A DNA stretch of 64,000 bases, from the NCBI GenBank assembly GCA_963763115.1, contig CAVXNM010000027.1:70703-134702 (forward strand), in the 5' to 3' direction. Made by a program: the position numbers and the translations under genes. The notes under the pieces are model-generated. The model did not search any database. It was not told the origin of the DNA and worked only from the letters and a program-made list of their open reading frames with translations. The DNA is from an uncultured Gammaproteobacteria bacterium. GTDB lineage: Bacteria > Pseudomonadota > Gammaproteobacteria > UBA9214. This document shows, piece by piece, positions 1-7,638 of this stretch (the stretch's first letter is position 1; the number at the start of each line of letters is the position of its first letter).

Positions 1-1543
1 GTACGAAGGTCACGCCGATGATGAAGACCGCCACACCGAAGTGCGCCACCACCATGCCGTAATAACTGCCGCTGCCTTTTGCGCCCAGGTCCCGCCACAG
101 ACCGGCCAGACCCATGCGGTAGCGCAGCCGTTGCCGCAGGCTGAGCGCCAGCGAGCTGACGATCCACAGCGAGAGCATGACCGCCAGGCCGGCCCAGATC
201 GAGCCCTCATGCAGCAGCGGCAGCGCGGCGAGGATGCCGCCGCCGAGACTGACCAGTAGCGCGACGCGCAGTTGCCGCGCGAGCGCGGCCGGATCCTGAT
301 GTTTCCAGCGCGCCAGCGGTCCCATGCCCATGAGCACGACCAGGAAGGGAGTAAAGATGACGAACATACGGTTGAACCAGGGGAATCCCACGGAGATCTT
401 GCCCCAGCCGAGGGCGTCATAGACCAGCGGGGCGAGGGTACCCAGCAGGACGAAAGCCGTGATGATCACCAGCAGCATGTTGTTACCGAGCAGCAGAGTC
501 TCGCGCGAGAATGCGTCAAATCTGCCTCCCGAGGAAACGCTCGGCGCCCGCGCGGCATAAAGACTCAGGGAACCCCCGATCACGATACACAGGAAAATCA
601 GGATAAACAGCCCGCGCGCCGGGTCTGCGGCAAAAGAATGCACGGAGGTGAGTACGCCGGAGCGCACCAGGAAGGTGCCAAGCAGGCTGAGCGAGAACGC
701 CAGCAGCGCCAGCAGCACCGTCCAGCGTTTGAAGGCGCCGCGTTTTTCGGTCACCGCCAGCGAATGGATCAGCGCCGTGGCCGCCAGCCAGGGCATGAAC
801 GAGGCGTTTTCCACCGGGTCCCAGAACCACCAGCCGCCCCAGCCCAGTTCATTGTAGGCCCACCAGCTGCCCAGCGTGATGCCGATGGTGAGAAACACCC
901 AGGCCACCGTGGTCCACGGCCGCGACCAGCGCGCCCAGGCCGCGTCCAGCCGGCCGCCGATGAGCGCGGCGATGGCAAAGCTGAAGGCGACCGACAAGCC
1001 GACGTAGCCCATATAGAGCATAGGTGGATGAATTGCCAGTCCCGGGTCCTGCAGCAGCGGGTTCAGGTCGCCGCCCTCCAGCGGAACCGGGAACACTCGC
1101 GCGAAGGGATTGGAGGTGAACAGCAGAAAGGAGAGGAAGCCGATGCTCACCAGACCCATAACGGAGAGCACGCGCGCCAGTACCACGGCAGGCAGGTGGC
1201 GCGCCAGCAGCGAGACGGCGACCGTCCAGCCGCTGAGGATGAACACCCAGAGCAGCAGCGAACCCTCGTGCGCACCCCAGACGGCGGACACCTTGTATAC
1301 ATCGGGCAGCAGGGTATTGCCGTTTTCGGCGACGTAGACCACCGAGAAATCGTCGGTCAGGAAGGAACTGACCAGGCAGCCGAAGGCGATCGCGATAAAG
1401 AAAAACTGTCCCCAGGCGGCAGGACGCGCCAGAGCGATCCAGCTTGGGGTGTTGTTGAGGCTGCCGATCATGGGAAAGATCGAGAGCACCAGCGCCAGGG
1501 ACAGCGCCAGGATCAGGGCGAAATGACCGAGTTCTGGAATCAT
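1..1543 (-). CDS. ccmF: Cytochrome c maturation protein CcmF (heme lyase subunit), N-terminal part; the gene runs off the left window edge
   Basis: Absent from the ORF track because it is open to the edge. My minus-strand translation from ATG 1543 (RBS GGAGGAG at about 1551-1557) reads MIPELGHFALILALSLALVLSIFPMIG. Around 797-850 it reads ELGWGGWWFWDPVENASF, the Trp-rich WWD heme-handling motif. The start overlaps the ccmE stop (ATGA). Confidence 0.93.
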   Translation of the reverse strand, partial: MIPELGHFALILALSLALVLSIFPMIGSLNNTPSWIALARPAAWGQFFFIAIAFGCLVSSFLTDDFSVVYVAENGNTLLPDVYKVSAVWGAHEGSLLLWVFILSGWTVAVSLLARHLPAVVLARVLSVMGLVSIGFLSFLLFTSNPFARVFPVPLEGGDLNPLLQDPGLAIHPPMLYMGYVGLSVAFSFAIAALIGGRLDAAWARWSRPWTTVAWVFLTIGITLGSWWAYNELGWGGWWFWDPVENASFMPWLAATALIHSLAVTEKRGAFKRWTVLLALLAFSLSLLGTFLVRSGVLTSVHSFAADPARGLFILIFLCIVIGGSLSLYAARAPSVSSGGRFDAFSRETLLLGNNMLLVIITAFVLLGTLAPLVYDALGWGKISVGFPWFNRMFVIFTPFLVVLMGMGPLARWKHQDPAALARQLRVALLVSLGGGILAALPLLHEGSIWAGLAVMLSLWIVSSLALSLRQRLRYRMGLAGLWRDLGAKGSGSYYGMVVAHFGVAVFIIGVTFV

Positions 1544-2007
1544 GGTGTTACTCCTCCGCTTGCGGTGCCATCAGCGCCGTTTTTGTGAGCTGTCTTGAGC
1601 GCGTCGGCTACTTCCGGCGGCATGTATTTCTCGTCGTGTTTGGCGAGCACTTCCTCGGCGATGAACAGGTTGCCATCCTGCAGTCTTCCCCGCGCCACGA
1701 TGCCCTGTCCCTCGCGGAACAGGTCGGGCAGGATGCCGGTGTACTGCACCTTGATAGTCTCGGCGTAGTCGGTGATATCGAAGGTTACGGTCAACCCGTC
1801 CGGCTGGCGTTTGACGCTGCCGTTGGTGACCAGCCCGCCGACCCGGATCAGGTGTCCGGTCGGGGCCTCGCCACCCGCCACGGCGCTGGGGGTGTAGAAG
1901 AACATCAGGTTTTCGTTGAAGGCCTTGAGTGCGACGGCGATGGCGACGCCGACGCCGGCGACCATCATGGCAATCAGGATCAGGCGTTTTCTGCGTTTTG
2001 GTGTCAT
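1540..2007 (-). CDS. ccmE: Heme chaperone CcmE
   Basis: 155 aa with an N-terminal TM anchor, an OB-fold-like core and the C-terminal LAKHDEKYMPPEV motif (heme-binding His/Tyr). Sits in ccm operon order. Confidence 0.95.
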   Translation of the reverse strand: MTPKRRKRLILIAMMVAGVGVAIAVALKAFNENLMFFYTPSAVAGGEAPTGHLIRVGGLVTNGSVKRQPDGLTVTFDITDYAETIKVQYTGILPDLFREGQGIVARGRLQDGNLFIAEEVLAKHDEKYMPPEVADALKTAHKNGADGTASGGVTP

Positions 2008-2174
2008 GTGGTTCTCCTCGCGCGGCGTGCGCTGCGCGCGATATCAGCCAGCAGCTTCCTGCGCTGCCGCGCCGGCAGCAGGATATTGGCCAGCAGGACG
2101 ATCAGGGCGATGCCGTAGGACGTCCACACGTAGAACGCGTATCCGCCCATGTTCAGGAATTCATTCAGACTCAT
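2004..2174 (-). CDS. ccmD: Heme exporter protein CcmD
   Basis: Small single-TM protein (MSLNEFLNMGGYAFYVWTSYGIALIVLL...). ATG at 2174 overlaps the ccmC stop (ATGA), and the stop overlaps the ccmE start. The track ORF begins 27 nt upstream at 2201. Confidence 0.85.
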   Translation of the reverse strand: MSLNEFLNMGGYAFYVWTSYGIALIVLLANILLPARQRRKLLADIARSARRARRTT

Positions 2175-2908
2175 TTTGTCTCCGCAAGTTCTCTGACCCA
2201 CTGGGTGTTTCGCTCGCGCTCCAGCACTTCGCAGCGGGCGCGCATCAGTACCACCAGTGCATAATACAGTTTAAAGGCCACGGCCATCAGCAACAGGGGG
2301 ATCAGCATACTGATATCGATGGATGGCGCGCCGAGTTTGGTGACCGTTGCCCCCTGGTGAAGGGTGTTCCACCATTCCACCGAGAAGTGAATGATGGGAA
2401 TGTTGACCACGCCCACGATGGCGAGGATGGCGGTGGCGCGGGCCGCCGTGCGCTTGTCATCGACGGCGTTGTAGAGCGCGATGACGCCGAGGTAGAGGAA
2501 CAGCAGGATCAGCTCCGAGGTCAGGCGCGCATCCCATACCCACCAGGTTCCCCACATCGGCTTGCCCCAGAGCGAACCGGTGATCAGCGCGAGGAAGGTG
2601 AACGACGCCCCGATGGTCGCGCTGCTGATGGCGATCACTTCGGCCAGTTTGATGCGCCAGACCAGGCCGATAATGCCGGCGCCGGCCATGACCACGTAGA
2701 CGAACATCGACATCCATGCAGCCGGCACATGGATGAACATGATGCGGTAGCTGTCGCCCTGCTGGTAATCCGGCGGCGCCTTGATCAGGCCGTAGTAGAG
2801 TCCGGCAAGGATGAACAGCAGGCAGGATACGCCCAGCCACGGAATGAGCCGGCCGGCGATGTTGTAGAAGTATCGCGGCGAGGCCATCTTGTGAAAGAAC
2901 TGCATCAT
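2171..2908 (-). CDS. ccmC: Heme exporter/handling protein CcmC
   Basis: 245 aa polytopic membrane protein with WGKPMWGTWWVWDARLTSE (WWD motif). Collinear with E. coli CcmC as I remember it. Confidence 0.95.
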   Translation of the reverse strand: MMQFFHKMASPRYFYNIAGRLIPWLGVSCLLFILAGLYYGLIKAPPDYQQGDSYRIMFIHVPAAWMSMFVYVVMAGAGIIGLVWRIKLAEVIAISSATIGASFTFLALITGSLWGKPMWGTWWVWDARLTSELILLFLYLGVIALYNAVDDKRTAARATAILAIVGVVNIPIIHFSVEWWNTLHQGATVTKLGAPSIDISMLIPLLLMAVAFKLYYALVVLMRARCEVLERERNTQWVRELAETK

Positions 2909-2929
2909 GGGATTTTTTCCTGATTATTT

Positions 2930-3141
2930 CACCGCAGAGGCGCAGAGGACGCAGCGAGATTTATCAAACGGGTACCATGAAAACTTGATATATAAACTTT
3001 TGGAGCGGGCTTGCCCGTGAATGTGTCGTTCACCAAAACCGTATTCGCGGGCAAGCCCGCTCCTGCAGGTGAAAGCTCAATCATTCGTTGTGCCCAACTA
3101 TTCATTGTCTGGTTTCTCCGCGTTCTCAGCGTCTCTGCGGT
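2930..3141. repeat. MITE-like element of family A (CACCGCAGAG-type inverted ends) with a nested REP pair, inserted between ccmC and ccmB
   Basis: The left end 'caccgcagaggcgcagaggacgcag' (2930-) is inverted at the right end '...gcgttctcagcgtctctgcggtt' (to 3141). An internal inverted pair 'gagcgggcttgcccgtgaa...ttcgcgggcaagcccgctc' lies at about 3004-3072. Related copies occur at 4643, 36838, 51608 and 54374. Confidence 0.8.
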
Positions 3142-3164
3142 TGGCGCATTTATACCGCATCACT

Positions 3165-3848
3165 TCAACTCAGGCTGATGCGCAGAGCCGCAGCCGTAGC
3201 CGGCGGCGACAGGCTCAGGGCCAGGACCAGTAGCGCGCTGATGAACAGCAGGTGAGCGGAAACCGGCAGGCCGGCAGCGGCCGTATCAACCGCGCTTGCG
3301 GCGAAGATCAACAGCGGGACGTACAAGGGTAGCACGAGCAGTGACAGAATCATCCCTCCCTTGCGCAGTCCTACGGTCAGGGCGACACCCACGGCGCCGA
3401 GGAGGCTAAGCACCGGCGTACCCAGCAACAGGGTGAGCATCAGGATTCGGATGCCGTCCCCGGTCAGACCCAGCAGCACGCCCAGCAGGGGAGAGACCAG
3501 CAGCAGCGGCAGGCCGGTGACCAGCCAGTGGGCGATCACCTTGGCCAGAACCAGGATCGACACCGGATGGGAACTCAGCAGAAACTGTTCGAGCGTGCCG
3601 TCCTCGAAGTCGGAACGGAAGATATTGTCCAGCGACAGCAGGGCGGCGAGCAGGGCGGCTACCCAGATGACGCCCGGGCCGATGGCCTGCAGCAGGTTGG
3701 GGTTGGCGCCGACCCCGAGCGGAAACAGGCTGGTGACCAGAATGAAAAACAGCAACGGGTTGATCATCTCGGCACGGTGGCGCACCGCCAGGGTCAGGTC
3801 GCGTTTCAGCATCAGTGCGAACGCGCGGGTAAGGGAATCGGTACTCAT
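3165..3848 (-). CDS. ccmB: Heme exporter permease CcmB
   Basis: 227 aa, six predicted TM segments, typical CcmB N-terminus (LKRDLTLAVRHRAEMINPLLFF). Overlaps ccmA by 4 nt. Confidence 0.93.
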   Translation of the reverse strand: MSTDSLTRAFALMLKRDLTLAVRHRAEMINPLLFFILVTSLFPLGVGANPNLLQAIGPGVIWVAALLAALLSLDNIFRSDFEDGTLEQFLLSSHPVSILVLAKVIAHWLVTGLPLLLVSPLLGVLLGLTGDGIRILMLTLLLGTPVLSLLGAVGVALTVGLRKGGMILSLLVLPLYVPLLIFAASAVDTAAAGLPVSAHLLFISALLVLALSLSPPATAAALRISLS

Positions 3849-4483
3849 GCGGACAGGTTGATGTGATGCACCGGGGTGTTGACCAGATTGACGTTATGGT
3901 GCGAGGTCATCGCCAGCATGCCGCCTTTACGGGTATGTTCTTCCAGCAGAACCTCGATCAGTCCGATCCCGTGCACATCGAGCGAGGTAAACGGTTCGTC
4001 CAGGATCCACAGAGGCGCATCGACCACCAGCAGGCGGGCGAGCGCCAGCCGGCGCTGCTGCCCGGCCGAGAGATTGCGTGTCAACACGTCCTCGTAACCG
4101 TACAGGTCGACCTGTTCCAGCACCGTCTCCAGCGCCGATTCCCCGGGTTTGCCCAGGGCGCGCGCCACGGCGAGGTTTTCCAGTGGCGTCAGGTCCTGCT
4201 TGATGCCGTCGCGGTGCCCGACATAAGCCGTGTGTTCATGGTAGTCGGGCCCCAGGCGGCTGATGTTCTTACCGCACCAGTTCACGCTCCCGGCATCCGG
4301 CAGGCGGATGCCGCACAGGATGCGCAGCAGGGACGTCTTGCCGCTGCCGTTACGGCCTTCCAGCACGAGCGCCTGACCGGCTTCAAGCCGGAACGCCAGG
4401 TCACGAAACAGGATGCGGTCATCGCGAATGCACTCCAGGCCGTCGGCCTCGAGTGTCAGCATGTTGTCGAACGATCGGGTCAC
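3845..4483 (-). CDS. ccmA: Heme exporter ATP-binding protein CcmA
   Basis: Walker A GRNGSGKTS, ABC signature LSAGQQRR, Walker B LWILDEP. First gene of the ccm operon. Confidence 0.93.
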   Translation of the reverse strand: MTRSFDNMLTLEADGLECIRDDRILFRDLAFRLEAGQALVLEGRNGSGKTSLLRILCGIRLPDAGSVNWCGKNISRLGPDYHEHTAYVGHRDGIKQDLTPLENLAVARALGKPGESALETVLEQVDLYGYEDVLTRNLSAGQQRRLALARLLVVDAPLWILDEPFTSLDVHGIGLIEVLLEEHTRKGGMLAMTSHHNVNLVNTPVHHINLSA

Positions 4484-4642
4484 TGCGTTACGATTCGGAA
4501 TGGATTCATTTATTGTTAATGTTTCATATGGCTGGTCATCATACTACCTCGGAGTAATGAGCCCAACAGGGGAACACACTGGCTTTGATTACCCCCAAAG
4601 CCGAATGGTAGTTACCTGGTATTCGTCCATAAACACCATCTC

Positions 4643-4802
4643 CACCGCAAAGACGCGAAGTACACAGAGAAGTTCTTAAAGAAAACAATAAAACAACGTT
4701 GCGTTCTTTCGTTACCTGCTCTGCGTTACTCTACCTCCTAATATCCCTGTAGTCGTGCACCTTTGCGGTGAGTTTATGATTCAGTGGATGAGCACCAAGT
4801 AA
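4643..4802. repeat. MITE-like element, family A
   Basis: 'caccgcaaagacgcgaagtacacagaga' is inverted at 'cacctttgcggtg' (4761-4770). The tail 'agtttatgattcagtggatgagcaccaagtaa' resembles the tails at 51679-51706 and 54400-54425. Confidence 0.7.
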
Positions 4803-5129
4803 CGCCTTTCCCTTAAGTTATCGTTTCAGCGCCAGCCGGTGAGGGATGACAATGGATGTTTGGGTCATCTTAATAAAGGGGCGAGAATGCCGCCCCTTGC
4901 TAGCAAGGCCATCGCCATGAAAAAGCTCGGTCCCAGAATCGGATGGAATAACATCATATCGCGGGATGTCAGGCCACCTGCCTGGACCGCCGCAGTTCCC
5001 GGGAGGTATCCTCGCGTGACTGCTTCCGGCTCCGTGTCAATCGTCCGCCATTTGGCAGGACCCACACATTAACTCACTGCAAATTGCGTGCCGTATATTA
5101 TAGACTCTTTACGTTACAATGATTTGTCG

Positions 5130-5160
5130 AAATGGTATGTTGCTTCATACCATTTTTATC
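5130..5160 (+). terminator. Rho-independent terminator-like hairpin upstream of the sigma-54 activator gene
   Basis: 10 bp stem 'aaatggtatg/cataccattt', 6 nt loop, followed by a T-run (catttttatc). What it terminates is not explained by any confident gene. Confidence 0.5.
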
Positions 5161-5279
5161 ATGACAATTATGACAGGATGGACTAGGGTTGTGGGAACTA
5201 CTTATGACAGTAATGTCATAGCAGGTAGTCGTGAGTCGTGTGTAATGACAATTTACCAGAAAAATAATGGGGCATAACA

Positions 5280-6695
5280 ATGGACGCTAAAACTACCCAT
5301 ACCGCACATTCGGTTCCTTTCGAACTGCAATCGCTGGTGGACTGTCACGAAAACCCGTTTGTCGTGGTCGATCGCGACTACCGTATCGTGGCGATCAACA
5401 GGGCCTATGAAAAACTCTACGGTGCCGGGCGAGAATTCGCCGTGGGTCAGTACTGCTACAAGGTCAGTCACGACAATGATGCCCCGTGCTGTCGCTCCGG
5501 TGAGGACTGTCTGCACGAGAAACTGTTCAAAAACGGTACCCAGACTTCCTGCCTGCATTTCCACTACGACGAACAACACCGCATGCACCAGGTGCGGGTG
5601 ACGGCCTATCCCTTGCGCAGTGGCGACGGGGAACTCTACATGGGGGAGCTGATCGAGCCGATTTCATCGCTGGAACAGGACAAGACGGGCTGCAGCCGCA
5701 TGGTGGGTCAGGCCCGTACGTTTACTGCCTGCATGGAACAGCTCAAGCTGGTGGCGGCGACCGCGGCGCCGGTGCTGCTGCAGGGCGAGACCGGTACCGG
5801 CAAGGAACTGGCCGCAAGCTTCATTCACAGCCACTCCCCGCGTCGTGAACGGCCCTTTCTCACCGTGGACTGTACCTCCTTGACAGACAGCCTTTTCGAG
5901 GCGGAGGTCTTCGGCCATGCCCGTGGTGCGTACACCGGCAGCGTCGGAGAGAAAGCCGGCCTGTTCGAACAGGCCAACGGCGGCACCCTGTTTCTCGATG
6001 AAGTGGGCGAATTGCCCATGAACCAGCAGGCGAAGCTTTTGAGAATACTGGAAACCGGGCAATACCGGCGGGTCGGGGGGCGCGGTAATCGCAAGGTTGA
6101 TGTGCGCGTTATCTGCGCCACCAACCGGCACCTGTGGGAGGCCGTCCAGGCGACCAACTTCCGCGAGGATCTCTATTACCGTATCGCCTGTCTGACCGTG
6201 CGCCTGCCGAATCTGCGCGAGCGTCTCGAGGACATACCGGTGCTGGCGAACAGCCTGCTGGAACCGGTCAACCTCACGATGAGGCGGCGGTTTGCGCTGG
6301 CGCCGGATGCCATGGACCGTCTGAAGACCTATCACTATCCCGGCAACATACGTGAGTTGCGCAATATCCTGTACGTCGCCGCGACCCACAGTACCGATGA
6401 AATGATCCACGCCGGCGTGATTGACACCGTGATTGGTCAAATGACGTGCAACCAGGCGTCGCCGAAGTCGTCAGCGGACGAGTCGGCCACGCCGCCTGCG
6501 CCCGCGGAATCTCCAGTCGGACCAATTCAGACACGGCGGAACGGTAACGGATGCAGTTCGCTCGTCGACGTCGAGGCGCGGCACATCAGGGAACTGCTCG
6601 ACCGTTATACCGGCAACCGCCGCCGTGTGGCCAGCGATCTCGGAATCAGCGAACGCACCCTGTATCGCAAATTGAAGAAGTACGGGTTGACCTGA
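5280..6695 (+). CDS. Sigma-54-dependent transcriptional activator (bEBP): N-terminal Cys-rich PAS-like sensor, AAA+ sigma-54 interaction domain, C-terminal Fis-type HTH; no receiver domain
   Basis: Walker A GETGTGKE, Walker B LFLDEVGEL, GAFTGA-loop variant GAYTGS, C-terminal HTH 'RRRVASDLGISERTLYRKLKKYG'. The N-terminal 130 aa is PAS-like and carries CYKVSHDNDAPCCRSGEDC. Confidence 0.9.
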   Translation: MDAKTTHTAHSVPFELQSLVDCHENPFVVVDRDYRIVAINRAYEKLYGAGREFAVGQYCYKVSHDNDAPCCRSGEDCLHEKLFKNGTQTSCLHFHYDEQHRMHQVRVTAYPLRSGDGELYMGELIEPISSLEQDKTGCSRMVGQARTFTACMEQLKLVAATAAPVLLQGETGTGKELAASFIHSHSPRRERPFLTVDCTSLTDSLFEAEVFGHARGAYTGSVGEKAGLFEQANGGTLFLDEVGELPMNQQAKLLRILETGQYRRVGGRGNRKVDVRVICATNRHLWEAVQATNFREDLYYRIACLTVRLPNLRERLEDIPVLANSLLEPVNLTMRRRFALAPDAMDRLKTYHYPGNIRELRNILYVAATHSTDEMIHAGVIDTVIGQMTCNQASPKSSADESATPPAPAESPVGPIQTRRNGNGCSSLVDVEARHIRELLDRYTGNRRRVASDLGISERTLYRKLKKYGLT

Positions 6696-6823
6696 GTACC
6701 CGCAGAACTGCCTGCTAACGTTTTCAGGATGCGGTAGCCGAGGAAGATCAGAATAGAGTAATGCAGTCGTCGGTCCAGCTGTTTACGGGAATGCCCATCT
6801 CATCTGCCACAATAACGGACTGG

Positions 6824-6860
6824 CAGATATGACAGGTAACCTGTCATATCTGTCATGACA
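6824..6860. promoter_or_regulatory. Candidate upstream activator sequence: 14-1-14 palindrome followed by a TGTCATGACA palindrome
   Basis: 'cagatatgacaggt a acctgtcatatctg' spans 6824-6852 and 'tgtcatgaca' spans 6851-6860. The same ATGACA(GG)/TGTCAT half-sites recur at 5161-5250, upstream of the activator gene. Confidence 0.5.
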
Positions 6861-6976
6861 TGCCGGTGCGATAGACAACCCGCAATTGAATATGTTTGCT
6901 GATAAGAATTAATTATCTGGTTGATATTCCAGTCAGAATTGTTACAGCACGTCGCTCTCTTTTATGTGTTGGTAGT

Positions 6977-6991
6977 TGGTATATTAATTGC
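6977..6991 (+). promoter_or_regulatory. Candidate sigma-54 (-24/-12) promoter
   Basis: 'TGGTATATTAATTGC' has GG at 6978-6979 and GC at 6990-6991, exactly 10 nt apart (GG-N10-GC). It lies about 120-150 bp downstream of the palindromes with AT-rich DNA in between, the classical UAS-to-promoter geometry. Confidence 0.45.
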
Positions 6992-7638
6992 CTTGTTCTT
7001 TATACACGGAATTACTCGTTTGTATCCCGGTGGCCGGGGTTGAGAATATCACCGAGAGGCTTTGGGATATGAAGAATTATTACATTACTCAAACTACACG
7101 TTATCTTCACATTTCATTCGTTGGTGTTTCCTGACGGGCTGTTCCGGCGTTTAGTGAGGTGTATTGCGCAGGCAGTGTGGTATTTTGCAAAAATTGTGCT
7201 AGTGTCTTACGAACAAAGGGTCGACCCGGATATAACGACATCAGCAACGACCGTAGAAAATAACGTAGATTCCCGCAGGAAATATAGTTCCATAACAAGT
7301 GCGGGAGATTGAGGAGCAGAATTGCATCATGGGCAGAAAACTCATTCCTGGAATGAGGAACGGGTCTTTCTCGTTCGCATTCATTAACCCTGTGTCGTGG
7401 CGCTCACCGTCCGGGTCGGTCTCGAAATCGCCCAAGGCGGAAATGGCGGCAGCGTCAGGTACGCGAACTGCCGCTCCGGCAAACTCAAAACCCGATTACA
7501 GACATCCCACCTCAAGATCCAGCGCATCGGCGGATGCACCAGGCAATACACGACCAGTCGTGACCATCACGGTTCTCTCAATGCTTAACATGAAGGATGT
7601 ACCAATGCCCAGGCAGACATTTGTCAGGAGGAGCAATA

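Noticed and set aside
272-1588. 438 aa plus-strand ORF covering the left end of the window
   Set aside because: It lies antisense to ccmF, which has unmistakable motifs on the other strand. Its product is an Arg/Gly/Gln/His-rich low-complexity string typical of antisense frames in high-GC DNA.
4940-5050. SRP RNA, 6S RNA or another known ncRNA in the GC-rich intergenic block ('ccggaagcagtcac' on the minus strand)
   Set aside because: It lacks the conserved SRP domain IV sequence (GGUCCGGAAGGAAGCAGCC-type) and RNase P, tmRNA and 6S hallmarks. I kept it only as an unassigned block in the findings.
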